Shown here: piece by piece, positions 62,684 to 64,000 of the stretch
Position numbering within the stretch: position 1 is the first letter of the stretch
Layout of the letters: each line of letters starts with the position of its first letter
NCBI GenBank assembly: GCA_036785375.1
Contig: JAWMAR010000841.1
Span: forward strand, 434,001-498,000
DNA length: 64,000 nucleotides
Reading direction: 5' to 3'
From: Leucoraja ocellata
Lineage: Eukaryota
Made by a program: the position numbers and the translations under genes
Notes under the pieces: generated by a model
The model's database searches: none
What the model saw: only the letters and a program-made list of their open reading frames with translations
What the model was told of the DNA's origin: nothing

Positions 62684-63820
62684 CTGCAATAAAGGAGCAT
62701 TCAAGGTCATTCTGATGCACACTATCACTGTAAGAATGATACTCACATTTATAGTAATGAAGGACCCCCCCCACTGTTTCTCACAGTAAGCGCAGAGCAC
62801 TGGTTGAATTACAATTCCACAGATCACAACATTTCCACCTGTACGAAGGTGTGTCAGGACAGGGCCTGGGCCGGTCATGAGACCGCTGCAGTCATACAGC
62901 CTGAAAACATTCACGCTTGTGGTTTGTATGGGCAGAATGAATGGCCATGGCAAGAAGAGACAGTGGCAGAGTCTGTGGAGTGGCTGTGTCTGTGGAGCTG
63001 CACTCCAGTGTTATTTCGACATTATCAGGAGAAGTGTAGCAAAAGCAAGGAGAGGAAGTGAATACATTTAAAGAAGCCAGTTACACAATGGGTGCATTAA
63101 CATTAAAGTGTTATATCTAAGTGGCTAAATAATGTTTTGGGGGTTGTATAGCTGGCATACTACAAAGGATATATTCACCGGGTACTATTGGGATTTACAA
63201 TATAATTGGCCATTTTACTAGTTGGCTTAAAATGGTTGGGAGCATTCTGAAAAAACGTTCTGTTTGAGGTTGGATTATTATAGGTTAATTTCAGGCTGCA
63301 AGCATCTTACTGTATCGTAGTTATAACAAGGGTGAATATTCCCAAAGATGAAAATCAAAACTAGGATATCTGAATGCGTGGGGGTGGTTTTGGGGATTAT
63401 GAAAATACTGGTGCATTGCTTGAGATATTATGAGAATGGGAATGAATGTGTGTGAAATGGAGAGTATTACTGGAGTTACAATGACGATACCAAGATTTAA
63501 CTGGGATTTATAATCGGGATGAAGGATTTGACTTCAACGTCTCATGCAGACAGGGAATATTACTGGGAGTTCAATTGTGGAGGATATGATGGTATTTGCA
63601 AAGAAATTCCTTGCAACAGGAGAGATATTTTATGACTGGCATTATATAATGGAGGTTATTATGAGGATGGAAAATGATCACGGTAAGTATTACAGGCAAG
63701 CGCAAATTCACACTGAGAGTTGCAATGAGCATGGAAGATATGGAAAGAATCAAGATGTGACTGAAAGATGCAAAAAGAATAGAAATTAGATTTAGCAGAG
63801 AATGGTTGTCAGACTCTTAC

Positions 63821-63907
63821 CTCCCTTCCTGTTTGCATTTCGATATCATACTGCGCTAAGAATTCTTTGGACCGCAGAGTGATTTGCTCGGCTTGGCATT
63901 CAAGGGA
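63821..63907 (-). CDS. AIFM3: AIFM3 internal coding exon (first in window), SLECQAEQITLRSKEFLAQYDIEMQTGRE
   Basis: 87 nt, cacag|...|gtaaga, phase 0/0. Aligns to the recalled human AIFM3 segment SLDTQPEQLALRPKEFFRAYGIEVLTEAQ. Not in the ORF track. Confidence 0.93.
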
Positions 63908-64000
63908 CTGTGAACACAAGGACAGGCTATGAACACTGTGATCATATTTCAGTCATACTTGGCTTGCTACTCTATCGAGCTAATCTTCCATAACCACAGA

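Noticed and set aside
1-64000. CRISPR array, operon or prokaryotic defence system
   Set aside because: No regularly spaced repeat-spacer array. The sequence is intron-rich vertebrate DNA, and the recurring motifs are dispersed TEs.

Overview
Eukaryotic DNA, not prokaryotic. The repeat content (HE1-type SINEs, HER1/CR1-type LINEs, Deu-domain SINEs) points to a cartilaginous fish, probably a skate or ray (inference). The right third holds the last 12 coding exons of AIFM3 on the minus strand (63907 down to 40522). All introns are GT-AG, the phases chain in frame, and the exons total 1077 nt (358 aa plus stop). The 5' part of the gene lies beyond the window end. The left ~39 kb has no gene I can identify, only a few isolated plus-strand exon-like segments. 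The rest is repeat-rich: CR1 and Rex1-type LINE fragments, HE1 SINEs, ancient Deu-SINEs, two hAT MITEs with TSDs, a probable solo LTR, a HERO-type 3' fragment and a tRNA-Ile(AAT) pseudogene. The most interesting signal is RNA-level. (i) A ~145-nt element at 2326-2470 folds at its 5' end into a near-canonical minimal HDV-like ribozyme. (ii) A dispersed family of about 15 copies carries a minimal type I hammerhead ribozyme motif of the Penelope-like kind, with the catalytic core intact at 4224-4251. (iii) A TSD-flanked 293-bp RTE-derived element shares a 21-nt motif with the HDV-like element. These ribozyme classes are known in other retroelements; whether these particular families are described needs a database search. 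All calls were made by eye, and no alignment or folding program was run.
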